From Candidatus Bathyarchaeia archaeon (GTDB lineage: Archaea; Thermoproteota; Bathyarchaeia; Bathyarchaeales; Bathycorpusculaceae), in the NCBI GenBank assembly GCA_038865865.1, contig JAWBZV010000011.1, positions 1 to 40,992 of the forward strand: a DNA stretch of 40,992 bases, in the 5' to 3' direction. The notes under the pieces were generated by a model, which searched no databases, was not told where the DNA came from, and was given only the letters and a program-made list of their open reading frames with translations. Numbering within the stretch: position 1 is the first letter of the stretch; each line of letters begins with the position of its first letter. A program made the position numbers and the translations under genes. This document shows, piece by piece, positions 1-9,287 of this stretch.

Positions 1-189
1 TGATTAAAAGCAAGTAAAACATTGGGTAGCCATCAGTTCATACAAATTCGTGGTTGAAGCCCAACCCGCTTAGCCTTAAACCCATGACGCGCTTACGGTA
101 GAGCATTGTTAACGATCACATCTTTTGGACGCCGGACTCCTTTGAAGATGGAATCATGCCACGGAATATTCGCCGTTTCATAGCATGGG

Positions 190-942
190 CTAAGCGGATA
201 GTATATTTTTCTCTTGGAAAACCCAAGGCGTGCCAATCAGCGCCTTCATGAGGGGTGTGCTGATTATTGCTGCGATAATCGCCTGTAACAGCCTAATAGC
301 TGGATAAACGAAGGGGCTGACTATGAACAGGAAACGGACAACATCCAAGGGTAATCCGAAAATTCCTTCATAAACGGGCGGCGTTGCAAAAATCAGCGAA
401 CCCCACATGTTGTCAACCTGATTTCCAATAAAGGCTAGTAGAAAATACAGAAATGGGAGAGACTTAGCGCCAGACAACCGCTTGGCAAACTTTACACAAG
501 GCAATATCAGAAGCAAAGCAATAATCTTGTCCCATAAAACTGCTACTGCGACATAAAAATTTTCGTTGATGGGCTGGGCGGGCGGTGTAAACAGAAAAGC
601 TATTATTAGGATGGCGTTTATTAAAAAGCCTGCTTTCCATTTTCTGTAAAAGACCAGCCCGGTCACTAAAGCGTTTAATGGCGGCGACAACAAGAAAGGC
701 ATCCCGTAGGGGCCAAAGCTTCCGGGAGGCAAAACCCATGCAATAAGCGCCCCGGCGAAAGCTGCCAAACTCCCCAAATAAGGTCCAAGCAGTAGTCCAT
801 AAACAGAGGCGATAAGGGCTTCCAAACTTATTTTTATCTCAGGAATAGCAACTGCAGGAATATAAGGCGTTACCAGCGAAAGCACGTAATATAAAGCAGC
901 AAAAATGGCTGTTAAGGCTGCGTTTTTTGCTGAAAGTTTCAT
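190..942 (-). CDS. Polytopic membrane protein, possibly an ECF-transporter S component or other small-molecule permease
   Basis: 250-aa ORF, hydrophobic throughout with about 6 predicted TM helices and Pro/Gly-rich loops. No catalytic motif recognised. Divergent from the CitG-like gene. Confidence 0.45.
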   Translation of the reverse strand: MKLSAKNAALTAIFAALYYVLSLVTPYIPAVAIPEIKISLEALIASVYGLLLGPYLGSLAAFAGALIAWVLPPGSFGPYGMPFLLSPPLNALVTGLVFYRKWKAGFLINAILIIAFLFTPPAQPINENFYVAVAVLWDKIIALLLILPCVKFAKRLSGAKSLPFLYFLLAFIGNQVDNMWGSLIFATPPVYEGIFGLPLDVVRFLFIVSPFVYPAIRLLQAIIAAIISTPLMKALIGTPWVFQEKNILSA

Positions 943-971
943 TCTTAAACCTCACTATGTAATAATGTTCA

Positions 972-2000
972 TTGCCGTGTAATTTTTTACACAACATTAA
1001 TAAAGTTTTCTGTGCAATACAGCTCAAGGTGAAGGTGCAACCTTTGGGCATGCCCTACACCGATAAAGCCACACATATAGCTCAATGCCTAGAATTGGCT
1101 ATACTCTTAGAGGTAAGCGCAGACAAGCCTGGAAACGTAAATCTCGTCGTTGGCTTTGAGGGCACAAACCATATGCATTTTTTAGCCTCCGCTGTCGCTG
1201 CAGCTCCCCACTTTAAGGCGGCTGCTGAGCGGGGAATAACTGTCGCCAAGGGTGAACTAAGCCTAAACGACGCCCAAGTAGGTCAAATCATAAGGGACTG
1301 CATTGCAGACATAAATTCGTGGCAGAGCGGCGGCAACACATTGCTCGGCACAATAATTCTGCTCGTGCCCATAGCTGTGGCTGCTGGGATGACCCCAACA
1401 GCAGACGGCAACATCTTTGAAATCCCAGAATTAAGGTGGAGGTTAAGGCAAGTTGTGGAATCCACAACTCCAGAGGACGCCGTGGCTGTTTATGAAGCCA
1501 TAGCCATCGCAAAGCCAAGCGGGCTTGGAAAGGCTCCAGACTTAGACGTTAACGATCCCAGCTCTGTGAAGCGCATACGCGAGGAGAAGATCTCCCTATA
1601 CCAAGTTTTCAAAATAGCTTCAGGCTATGACAATGTCTGTTCAGAGTGGGTGAATGGTTACCCTATAACCTTCGACTTTGCCTACCCAAAACTCTTAAGC
1701 CGGATAAAGGAAGACAAAAACCTGGACGTGGCCATAACCCACACTTTTCTGGAGGTTTTATCAGCTTATCCCGACACGTTCATAGCGAGAAAGGCTGGTA
1801 TTGAAAGGGCGAAGTGGGTTTCAGCCATGGCTGCGGAGGTCCTAAAACACGGTGGACTGAAAACATACAAGGGAAGACGGAAACTGAAAGAGTTGGACAA
1901 CGCGTTAAGAAGGGAAAGCAACATCCTAAACCCGGGGACAACAGCGGACATAATTGCGGCAGCTATAGCCCTAAATAACCTAGCCGGATACAAGCCTTAA
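972..2000 (+). CDS. CitG/MdcB-family protein (triphosphoribosyl-dephospho-CoA synthase-like). Archaeal members of this family are associated with H4MPT biosynthesis
   Basis: Motifs 'DKPGNVNL' and 'GGNTLLGTIILLVPIAVAAG' align with E. coli CitG 'PKPGLVDR' and '[20 protein letters not shown]'. The more likely start is the ATG at 1050 (M27 of the track ORF), with a Shine-Dalgarno-like GAAGGTG upstream. Confidence 0.65.
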   Translation: MPCNFLHNINKVFCAIQLKVKVQPLGMPYTDKATHIAQCLELAILLEVSADKPGNVNLVVGFEGTNHMHFLASAVAAAPHFKAAAERGITVAKGELSLNDAQVGQIIRDCIADINSWQSGGNTLLGTIILLVPIAVAAGMTPTADGNIFEIPELRWRLRQVVESTTPEDAVAVYEAIAIAKPSGLGKAPDLDVNDPSSVKRIREEKISLYQVFKIASGYDNVCSEWVNGYPITFDFAYPKLLSRIKEDKNLDVAITHTFLEVLSAYPDTFIARKAGIERAKWVSAMAAEVLKHGGLKTYKGRRKLKELDNALRRESNILNPGTTADIIAAAIALNNLAGYKP

Positions 2001-2182
2001 CTGAAAACTAAAGCATCACCATTGACCTTTTAGAAAAGCGGGTAGGGACAACCAGCGTTTATTTTCCAGCTTCCAACAACTTTAAACGCAAAATTGGAAA
2101 AGATAAATAAACCCAAGATTTGAAAATATCTACTCTAAACTTAATATCATCTTATGCCTCTACACCAAAGCAGGCTGAAAGC

Positions 2183-2590
2183 ATGAGTGAAAAACCAACA
2201 CTTAAGGTAACTTTGATAACGGGGCGAACCATTGAGCAGGGCGTTGGCAAAGAACACGGCAAATCTTCAAAGGAATATGTTGAAAGCGTGTCCGTATGCT
2301 ACATAGACCCCGAAGATTTAAAAAGACTTGGGGTGAAGGAGGGTGAAAACGTCTCCGTCTCCACAAAGTTTGGAATGGTGGTTGTGAGGGCTGTAAAGTC
2401 CATCAGGAACCCCCATCCAGGGGTAATTTTCATCCCCTATGGGCCATGGGCAAACGTCGTTGTCGACCCTGAAACCCACAGCATAGGCATGCCCTCTTTT
2501 AAGGGGATACCTGCATTGCTTGAACCCGCCCCCGACAAGCCTGTTTTAGGCTTAAAGGAACTTCTCAAAACACAGTTTGGGAAGGATTAA
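2183..2590 (+). CDS. fwdD: Formylmethanofuran dehydrogenase subunit D (molybdopterin-dinucleotide-binding domain protein)
   Basis: Small (about 135 aa from the internal ATG at 2183; the track ORF starts at 2120). It has the typical FwdD/FmdD size and position immediately 5' of fwdB. The stop is followed by GG then the fwdB ATG. Confidence 0.8.
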   Translation: MSEKPTLKVTLITGRTIEQGVGKEHGKSSKEYVESVSVCYIDPEDLKRLGVKEGENVSVSTKFGMVVVRAVKSIRNPHPGVIFIPYGPWANVVVDPETHSIGMPSFKGIPALLEPAPDKPVLGLKELLKTQFGKD

Positions 2591-2592
2591 GG

Positions 2593-4044
2593 ATGGCAGT
2601 TGTTAAAGCCGTAACGTGTCCGGTTTGCGGTTGTCTCTGCGACGACATAGAGTTGACCGTGGAAAATGGGAGGATAGTTAAAGTTAAGAACGGCTGCGCC
2701 ATGTGTGAAGCCAAGTTTCTGGGCTACTGCTGTGAACATAGGGTTTTAAAGCCCATGATAAGGAAGAATGGAGAGCTTTTTGAAGTTCCCCTTAAAGAAG
2801 CCATACACAAAGCCGCTGAAATTTTGGCTGACGCAAACTACCCACTATTGTATGGCTGGAGCAACACAAGCTGCGAAGCCATAAGTGTGGGCATCGAGTT
2901 GGCTGAGGAGGTTGGAGGAGTCATCGACAACACTTCAGTGGTCTGCCATGGCCCCTCACAGCTAAGCATCCAAGACGTGGGAATATCGACATGCACCCTT
3001 GGACAGGTAAGGCATAGAGCTGACCTTATAATCTATTGGGGATGCAACCCATGGAGCGCTCACCCGAGACACATGGAACGCTACACAGCCTTCTCAGAAG
3101 GAAGATTTGAAAAAAGTGCTTGGAGAAGCTACATCTCAAAAACAAGAGCCCTAATTGCCCTCAAAAAATTTAGAAGTGCCCTAAAAAGGGCAGTGCTTGG
3201 AAAGGGACAGGCATTGCCCTTTCACCTTGAAAAGAAGCCCCAACCATTCATACAAAAAGAGGGGAGAAAACTGATAGTTGTGGATGTTATACGCACGAGG
3301 TCCGCGGTTATCGCTGACTACTTCATCCAAGTTGAACCCGGCAAGGATTACGAGCTCCTCCAAGCCTTCAGGGCATTGATTCGGGATCAGGAAATTGAAA
3401 CAGACAGGGTTGCAGGCGTGCCAGTTGAATATTTAGAGGAGGTGGCAGACGCCATGGTAAACTGCGACTTCGGCGCCCTATTTTTCGGGCTTGGGCTAAC
3501 CATGAGCAGCGGCAAACTCAGGAACATCGACGCTGCGCTCTCCCTCGTACGCGACCTAAACATGCGAACCAAGTTTGTGATAATGCCCATGAGGGGCCAC
3601 TTCAACGTGACGGGCGCCAACATGGTTTTCACATGGCAGACAGGCTACCCCTACGCTGTCGACTTCTCCTTGGGCTATCCAAGGTATAACCCGGGCGAAA
3701 CTTCCGCCGTGGATGTCCTCCTCCGAAAGGATTCAGACGCCGCCCTGATAGTGGCTTCAGATCCCGTTTCAAACTTTCCAAAGAAGGCGGCTGAACACCT
3801 CGTGGAAAACCCGTTAATAGTCATTGACCCCCACATGAACGTGACCTCCCAGGTGGCCGACGTTATTATCCCATCAGCTTTTGTGGGTATTGAGGCGGAG
3901 GGAACAGCCTATCGCATGGACCACGTGCCCATACCGCTAAAAAAGGTTGTTGACCCTCCAAAAGGCTTGCTTCCAGACGAGGAGATTTTGAAAAGAATCC
4001 TAGACGAAGTTAGAAAAATTAAAAGGGCGAGGGGGGTTGCCTAA
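2593..4044 (+). CDS. fwdB: Formylmethanofuran dehydrogenase subunit B (W/Mo-pterin catalytic subunit)
   Basis: N-terminal Cys cluster 'CPVCGCLCDD...CAMCE' is typical of the [4Fe-4S]-binding N-terminus of FwdB/FmdB. A molybdopterin oxidoreductase fold follows. Its stop abuts the fwdA ATG. Confidence 0.85.
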   Translation: MAVVKAVTCPVCGCLCDDIELTVENGRIVKVKNGCAMCEAKFLGYCCEHRVLKPMIRKNGELFEVPLKEAIHKAAEILADANYPLLYGWSNTSCEAISVGIELAEEVGGVIDNTSVVCHGPSQLSIQDVGISTCTLGQVRHRADLIIYWGCNPWSAHPRHMERYTAFSEGRFEKSAWRSYISKTRALIALKKFRSALKRAVLGKGQALPFHLEKKPQPFIQKEGRKLIVVDVIRTRSAVIADYFIQVEPGKDYELLQAFRALIRDQEIETDRVAGVPVEYLEEVADAMVNCDFGALFFGLGLTMSSGKLRNIDAALSLVRDLNMRTKFVIMPMRGHFNVTGANMVFTWQTGYPYAVDFSLGYPRYNPGETSAVDVLLRKDSDAALIVASDPVSNFPKKAAEHLVENPLIVIDPHMNVTSQVADVIIPSAFVGIEAEGTAYRMDHVPIPLKKVVDPPKGLLPDEEILKRILDEVRKIKRARGVA

Positions 4045-5742
4045 ATGGAACTGCTAATACGGAACGGTTTTATCTATGACCCCATCAACGGGGTTAACGG
4101 CGAAAAAATGGATATAGCAGTTAAGGATGGAAAAATCGTTGAAAAAATTGAGGGACGCGGGGTTAAGGTGATTGATGCTTCTGGAATGGTTGTAATGCCA
4201 GGTGGAGTTGACATTCACAGTCACATTGCAGGCGGGAAGGTGAACTCCGGGAGGCTGCTTAGGCCGGAAGACCACTTCAAAGACTTTGAAAGGAAAACTC
4301 CCATAACAAGGTCCGGGGTAGGCTACTCCGTGCCCTCCACGTTTACTACGGGTTACCGCTACGCGAGGATGGGCTGGACAACGGTTATGGATCCAGCCAT
4401 GCCTCCTTTAGAGGCCCGTCACACCCATGAAGAGTTAAGCGACACGCCCATAATTGATAAGGCTAGTTACCCCCTTATAGGCGACTGGTGGTTTGTGCTT
4501 GAATATTTAAGGGATGGGAAAATTGAGGAGTGCGCCAGACATGTGGCTTGGATGATAACCGCAACAAAAGGATACGCTATAAAACTTGTAAACCCAGGTG
4601 GGCTTGAAGCTTGGGGCTTCGGGCGTAACGTAAAAAGCATAGACGACCCTGTCCCCAATTTTGGGATAACCCCCCGCGATATTATCCGGGGCTTATGTAA
4701 GGTCAATAGGCTTTTAAACCTGCCCCACACAATCCATGTGCACACAAACAACTTAGGGGTTCCAGGAAACTATACCACAGCGTTGGACACTATGAAGTGT
4801 GTTGAGGATTTAGCCGACGACGACAAGCCGGCAATACACATAACCCACTGTCAATTCTCCGCCTTCAAGGGAGACGACTGGAGAACCCTCCAGTCTGGGG
4901 CTGAAGAAATAGCAAACTATGTTAACAGCCACTCCCACGTGACTATGGACATGGGCCAAGTAATATTTACGGACACCACAACTATGACGGCGGACGGCCC
5001 CTTCCAATACACGCTTTACACTCTAAGTGGGAACAAGTGGGTAAACCATGACGTGGAAACGGAGACAAGTTCTGGCGTGGTGCCATTCCACTATCGCCCA
5101 AAAAGCTCCGTCCACGCAATCCAATGGTCCATAGGCCTTGAGCTAGCCCTACTAATTAAGGACCCGTGGAAGATCATGATGACAACGGACCACCCTAACG
5201 GCGGGCCGTTTATTGCTTATCCACAGATTGTGGCTTGGCTCATGAGCAAAAAAGCAAGGGAGGCTGTTCTGAAAAGGGTTAACCCCAAGGCAAGGAGCAG
5301 AAGCCTCCTCCCATCAATAGACCGCGAGTTAAACTTCTACGAAATAGCCATAGTAACCAGGGCAGGCCAAGCTAAAGCATTAGGGCTTAAGGAAAAGGGG
5401 CATTTAGGCGTGGGCGCAGATGCGGACATAGCCATCTACAATTTGAACCCTGAAACCCTAGACCCGGAGAAGGATTACGAGGCCATAATTAGGGCGTTCC
5501 AGAGGGCTGCGTACACCATTAAAAGCGGAGAAATTGTTGTCAAGGACGGAGAAGTTTTAAAGCATAAGGATGGAGCCACCATGTGGCTTGACGTGAAGCT
5601 ATGTGACCCCTCTGAGATGGAGATAAATACTGAAATGCAGAGGAGGTTCAGGGAGTACTGGACCGTTGAGTATGAAAACTATCCCGTCTCAGAAAAGTAT
5701 CTTGCCATTTCCCGCCCCATAACCGTGAAGGCTGATGTGTAA
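4045..5742 (+). CDS. fwdA: Formylmethanofuran dehydrogenase subunit A (amidohydrolase-fold subunit)
   Basis: 565 aa with the metal-binding 'GGVDIHSHIAGG' (HxH) motif of the amidohydrolase superfamily. Size and context match FwdA. The stop overlaps the fwdC start as TAATG. Confidence 0.9.
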   Translation: MELLIRNGFIYDPINGVNGEKMDIAVKDGKIVEKIEGRGVKVIDASGMVVMPGGVDIHSHIAGGKVNSGRLLRPEDHFKDFERKTPITRSGVGYSVPSTFTTGYRYARMGWTTVMDPAMPPLEARHTHEELSDTPIIDKASYPLIGDWWFVLEYLRDGKIEECARHVAWMITATKGYAIKLVNPGGLEAWGFGRNVKSIDDPVPNFGITPRDIIRGLCKVNRLLNLPHTIHVHTNNLGVPGNYTTALDTMKCVEDLADDDKPAIHITHCQFSAFKGDDWRTLQSGAEEIANYVNSHSHVTMDMGQVIFTDTTTMTADGPFQYTLYTLSGNKWVNHDVETETSSGVVPFHYRPKSSVHAIQWSIGLELALLIKDPWKIMMTTDHPNGGPFIAYPQIVAWLMSKKAREAVLKRVNPKARSRSLLPSIDRELNFYEIAIVTRAGQAKALGLKEKGHLGVGADADIAIYNLNPETLDPEKDYEAIIRAFQRAAYTIKSGEIVVKDGEVLKHKDGATMWLDVKLCDPSEMEINTEMQRRFREYWTVEYENYPVSEKYLAISRPITVKADV

Positions 5743-6566
5743 TGATAAACCTATACCCCATAAAAGAGTTTAAACTGCCCGTAGTTGCCGAATGCATAAA
5801 CCCAGATGTTTTCCAAGGAAAAACCATCAGCGAAATAAAGCAGCTTGAAGTTTGGGAAGGCAACAAAAAACGGAAACTTGAAGAACTCTTCAGGGTTGAG
5901 GAGGTAAAGGCGGAAGGCGCCCAAGCGGAAAACGTGATAACAGTGCACGGCAACGTAGGCAAAGTCCGAAGGATAGGCGCCGGCATGACAAGCGGCGAAA
6001 TAATCATTAAGGGGGATGTGGGCATGCACCTCGGCGAAGAAATGAAAGGCGGAAAAATAACAGTTTATGGAAATGCAGGCGGATGGGCTGGTTCAATGAT
6101 GGCTGGAGGAACCATTGAAATTCATGGGGATGCAGGCGACTACCTTGGCGCTCCATATAGGGGAAGCGTGGAAGGCATGAAAGGCGGAAAAATAACAGTT
6201 TATGGAAACGTTGGAAATGAGGCTGGCGCCTACATGAGAAAGGGCCTAATTAAGATTTATGGATGCGCAGGCCAGTTTGCGGGTCTGAGAATGTATGACG
6301 GACTGATCTATGTGCAGAAAGACTGTGCGGGAAGGGCTGGTGCTTGCATGAAAGATGGAACAATTGTCGTAGGCGGCTTCATGGAGTCCGTTCTGCCAAG
6401 CTTCACCTTTGAAGGCTTAAGAAAAAGGGTTAAAATCGAAGAGGGTGAAGTTGTCGAAGCACCCTTCTACCTTTTCCTCGGAGACCTAACGGAAAACGGC
6501 ACAGGAAAACTTTACGTTTCCAAGGCGAACAACCCTCAACTAAGCCACTTTGAAAAACTCCTCTAG
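5742..6566 (+). CDS. fwdC: Formylmethanofuran dehydrogenase subunit C
   Basis: 274 aa with tandem Gly-rich 'GGKITVYGNAGxxAG' repeats (GXGXXG beta-helix, glutamate-synthase C-terminal-domain-like) typical of FwdC/FmdC. Confidence 0.85.
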   Translation: MINLYPIKEFKLPVVAECINPDVFQGKTISEIKQLEVWEGNKKRKLEELFRVEEVKAEGAQAENVITVHGNVGKVRRIGAGMTSGEIIIKGDVGMHLGEEMKGGKITVYGNAGGWAGSMMAGGTIEIHGDAGDYLGAPYRGSVEGMKGGKITVYGNVGNEAGAYMRKGLIKIYGCAGQFAGLRMYDGLIYVQKDCAGRAGACMKDGTIVVGGFMESVLPSFTFEGLRKRVKIEEGEVVEAPFYLFLGDLTENGTGKLYVSKANNPQLSHFEKLL

Positions 6567-6588
6567 CAAGTAATAAGAGGGACTGGTT

Positions 6589-7551
6589 TTGAAAAACTTT
6601 TTGAGTGTGAACCAGCTGGCTTGGAGGCTTCTGGAAGAGCTTTGCGAAAAAGCAGACTTTTACGGAGTGAAGGTTGAGAGGACAGAATGCGGCGCCATGG
6701 TTATTGACGCAGGGATAAGGGCTAAGGGAGGATTTGAGGCTGGGAGGATTATAACCGAAATTTGCATGGGCGGATTGGCTAAAGCGGAAATAGCAAGGAG
6801 GGAGTATGGCGAGCTGGAACTTCCATCCATAACGGTTTACACGGACCACCCGGCAATAGCTGCCCTAGGCTCCCAGTTCGCAGGCTGGAACATAAAAGAG
6901 GGCGATTACTCAGCCATAGGCTCTGGGCCGGCGAGAGCCCTATCCCTGAAGCCTAAAGAATTATATGAGAAAATAGGGTATAGGGACGATTATGATAAGG
7001 CGGTGGTTGTCCTAGAAACGGACAAACAGCCACCGGAAAAATTAATGAGGCGGGTGGCTGAAGACTGCCACGTTTCCTGCGAGAATTTGGCGTTCATTTT
7101 AGCCCCAACGGCCAGCCTTGCCGGAGCCACTCAGGTTGCAGGAAGAATTGTTGAGACAGGCTTACACAAGCTTGAACGGTTGGGCCTAGACCCAAAAATT
7201 GTTCTGCATGGCTGGGGATGCGCCCCAATACCGCCAGTGCATCCAAAGTTTGTGAAGGCCATGGGGCGAACCAACGACGCCATCCTCTACGGGGGAGTGA
7301 GCTACTACGCTGTCGATTTTGAAAATGACGAAGAACTAGCTAAAATTGTAGAGAAGGCCCCCTCCAAGGCCTCAAAAGATTATGGGCGACCCTTCTCTGA
7401 AATCTTCAAGGCAGCGGGATACGACTTCTACAAGATAGATCCAAACATATTCGCTCCGGCAGTGGTGCTGGTTAATAATGTAAAGACGGGCAAGGGGTTT
7501 AAATCCGGAGAAATTAACATAAACGCCTTAAAAGAGTCCTTTGGCTTCTAA
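6589..7551 (+). CDS. mch: Methenyltetrahydromethanopterin cyclohydrolase
   Basis: Strong recalled similarity to Mch along the whole length ('GGFEAGRIITEICMGGLA', 'GDYSAIGSGPARALSLKPKELYEKIGY', 'AMGRTNDAILYGG', 'YDFYKIDPNIFAPAVV'). TTG start at 6589 with AAGAGGG 8 nt upstream. Confidence 0.9.
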   Translation: MKNFLSVNQLAWRLLEELCEKADFYGVKVERTECGAMVIDAGIRAKGGFEAGRIITEICMGGLAKAEIARREYGELELPSITVYTDHPAIAALGSQFAGWNIKEGDYSAIGSGPARALSLKPKELYEKIGYRDDYDKAVVVLETDKQPPEKLMRRVAEDCHVSCENLAFILAPTASLAGATQVAGRIVETGLHKLERLGLDPKIVLHGWGCAPIPPVHPKFVKAMGRTNDAILYGGVSYYAVDFENDEELAKIVEKAPSKASKDYGRPFSEIFKAAGYDFYKIDPNIFAPAVVLVNNVKTGKGFKSGEININALKESFGF

Positions 7552-7557
7552 CTGTGC

Positions 7558-8145
7558 CTAGCTAGACCTGCTTGAACGCACTTGGGGGCTTATGAAGAAT
7601 TTGTTTAGGAAACTATTGAAACCCCTGTTTCCAATCAAGGCAGCCATGAAAAAGCTCATTACAACAATTTCCACCAAAGCCTTTGGTAAAATGTAGTAGA
7701 TGAATATTGCTGCCCCTCCACTTCCTAGGAAGAAGGGCATCAAATATGCAAAATACGCGTAGGTGAAAATACATTCTGGGACATAGGCTAAAAGCGTGAC
7801 TGGAATAGCTATAAGGGAAGAACGTTTATTTTGGGCTAGGCCTAAAATTTTTGCAAAAACCCCCGCTGTTAAGCCTGTTAACCCCTTACCAACCGGGAGC
7901 CCAATTAAGCCCAGCCAAGAACCCATACCCATGGGTCCAAACATTATTCCCGGAAGAATCCCGACAAGAAAGCCTGAAACCAGCCCCAAAACCGGTCCGC
8001 CGTAGAATCCTGCGATAAACGCAGCCAGCAGGGAGAAGTCTAAAGCAACACCTTGGGTAAGAGGACCAGCGTGGTATGAAATTGCGAATAGCACGTTTCC
8101 AAGGGCTCCCATCATTAACGCGAATGTGATGGTTTTTGTGTTCAT
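7558..8145 (-). CDS. Small polytopic membrane protein (ECF S-component or ThiW/QueT-like permease candidate)
   Basis: 195 aa with 5-6 hydrophobic helices and Gly-rich GxxxG packing motifs. No enzymatic motif recognised. Confidence 0.4.
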   Translation of the reverse strand: MNTKTITFALMMGALGNVLFAISYHAGPLTQGVALDFSLLAAFIAGFYGGPVLGLVSGFLVGILPGIMFGPMGMGSWLGLIGLPVGKGLTGLTAGVFAKILGLAQNKRSSLIAIPVTLLAYVPECIFTYAYFAYLMPFFLGSGGAAIFIYYILPKALVEIVVMSFFMAALIGNRGFNSFLNKFFISPQVRSSRSS

Positions 8146-8301
8146 GTACGACCCGCTTCTACTCTAACTGATTTATTATTTAAGAGTAGCTACTCAAAAA
8201 AGAGTTGAAAACATTTAAACCGAAAGTTTGATTTGAATGGAAAGAAATATTTTGATTTCGCTTGTTAAGATAAATTAAAATTTAAGGCAAAAGGGCTGAG
8301 C

Positions 8302-9231
8302 TTGCAGGCAACCCTTCGACAAATAGTTAAAGAGGCTCTGGAAGCTAACTGCGAACAATTTGAAAGAGTTGTTGAAGAGGCTGGGGAGCTTATTTGCGGC
8401 GAAAAGGGCTATATCGGAAATTTTGAGGCTGTTGGAAGGCTTGCAAAACTTGCACCCTTGGGCAGGGCGCTGTTCATCAGCGACCTGCACGGCGACCTAG
8501 AAAGCCTGGTTGAAATTTTGGATGGAAGCGGTTTCCTTGAGGAGATGCGAAAGAACGACAGTTTATCCATAATTTTCCTAGGCGACTACGGAGATAGGGG
8601 AGTTTACTCCGCGGAGGTTTACTATACAATTTTAAGGCTTAAGCTGCTTTTCCCAAAGCAATTAATCCTCATGCGGGGAAACCACGAAGGCCCAGAGGAC
8701 CTTTTGGCTTCACCCCACGACCTGCCAGTTCAGTTTCGGAGAAAGTTCGGTGAAAAATGGCAAACAGCCTACGCCAAAATCCGGAGGTTGTTCAACTGCC
8801 TTTACAACGCAGTGCTCGTTGAAGGCCGCTATTTAGCAGTTCATGGAGGCTTGCCACCTGAGGCAAAAACGGTGGAGGACTTAGCCTATGCCCATGAGAG
8901 ACATCCAAGGGAAAGCCTCCTTGAGGATATGCTCTGGAGCGACCCAAATGAAATCATCGAGGAGACATGTGGTTCTCCAAGGGGTGCAGGAAAACTTTTC
9001 GGCGAAAAAATAACAAGGGAAGTTTTAGGCCGCTTCCACGTGGAAATTCTTATAAGGGGGCATGAACCGTGTCCGGAGGGCTTCAAAATAGACCATAAAG
9101 GCCGCGTTTTAACCCTTTTTTCAAGGAAGGGTCCACCCTACTTCAACGATTATGGAGCCTACCTCGTCCTGGACCTTTCTAAAAAGTTTCAAAACGCGGA
9201 GCAATTGATCCCGTACATTCGCAAGTTTTAA
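8302..9231 (+). CDS. PPP-family Ser/Thr protein phosphatase (metallophosphoesterase)
   Basis: Canonical PPP motifs GDLHGD (GDxHG), GDYGDRG (GDxxDRG) and RGNHE (GNHE). TTG start at 8302; no in-frame ATG lies upstream of the first motif. Confidence 0.8.
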   Translation: MQATLRQIVKEALEANCEQFERVVEEAGELICGEKGYIGNFEAVGRLAKLAPLGRALFISDLHGDLESLVEILDGSGFLEEMRKNDSLSIIFLGDYGDRGVYSAEVYYTILRLKLLFPKQLILMRGNHEGPEDLLASPHDLPVQFRRKFGEKWQTAYAKIRRLFNCLYNAVLVEGRYLAVHGGLPPEAKTVEDLAYAHERHPRESLLEDMLWSDPNEIIEETCGSPRGAGKLFGEKITREVLGRFHVEILIRGHEPCPEGFKIDHKGRVLTLFSRKGPPYFNDYGAYLVLDLSKKFQNAEQLIPYIRKF

Positions 9232-9287
9232 GGGCTGGTTATAAAAACGCGCGGAAACTTTAAGAACTAAGCTGGGCAGCATTTCCA

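Noticed and set aside
464-1051. Track ORFs 464..739(-) and 839..1051(-), and many other 60-140-aa ORFs embedded in or antisense to large genes (e.g. 1283..1518, 4054..4275, 5648..6029, 6430..6849, 7796..8005, 12573..13238, 22671..23124, 24304..24534, 36136..37566)
   Set aside because: They overlap well-supported genes in other frames or strands. They have low-complexity or Ser/Pro/Arg-rich translations and lack motifs. Treated as frame artefacts.
8285-8335. Partial THI-box-like string (GGGCUGAGC...ACCCUUCGAC) at the start of the phosphatase gene
   Set aside because: Only CUGAG and ACCCUU fragments are present. The CCUGAUC...UAAUGCC...AGGGA core is absent, and it lies inside coding sequence.
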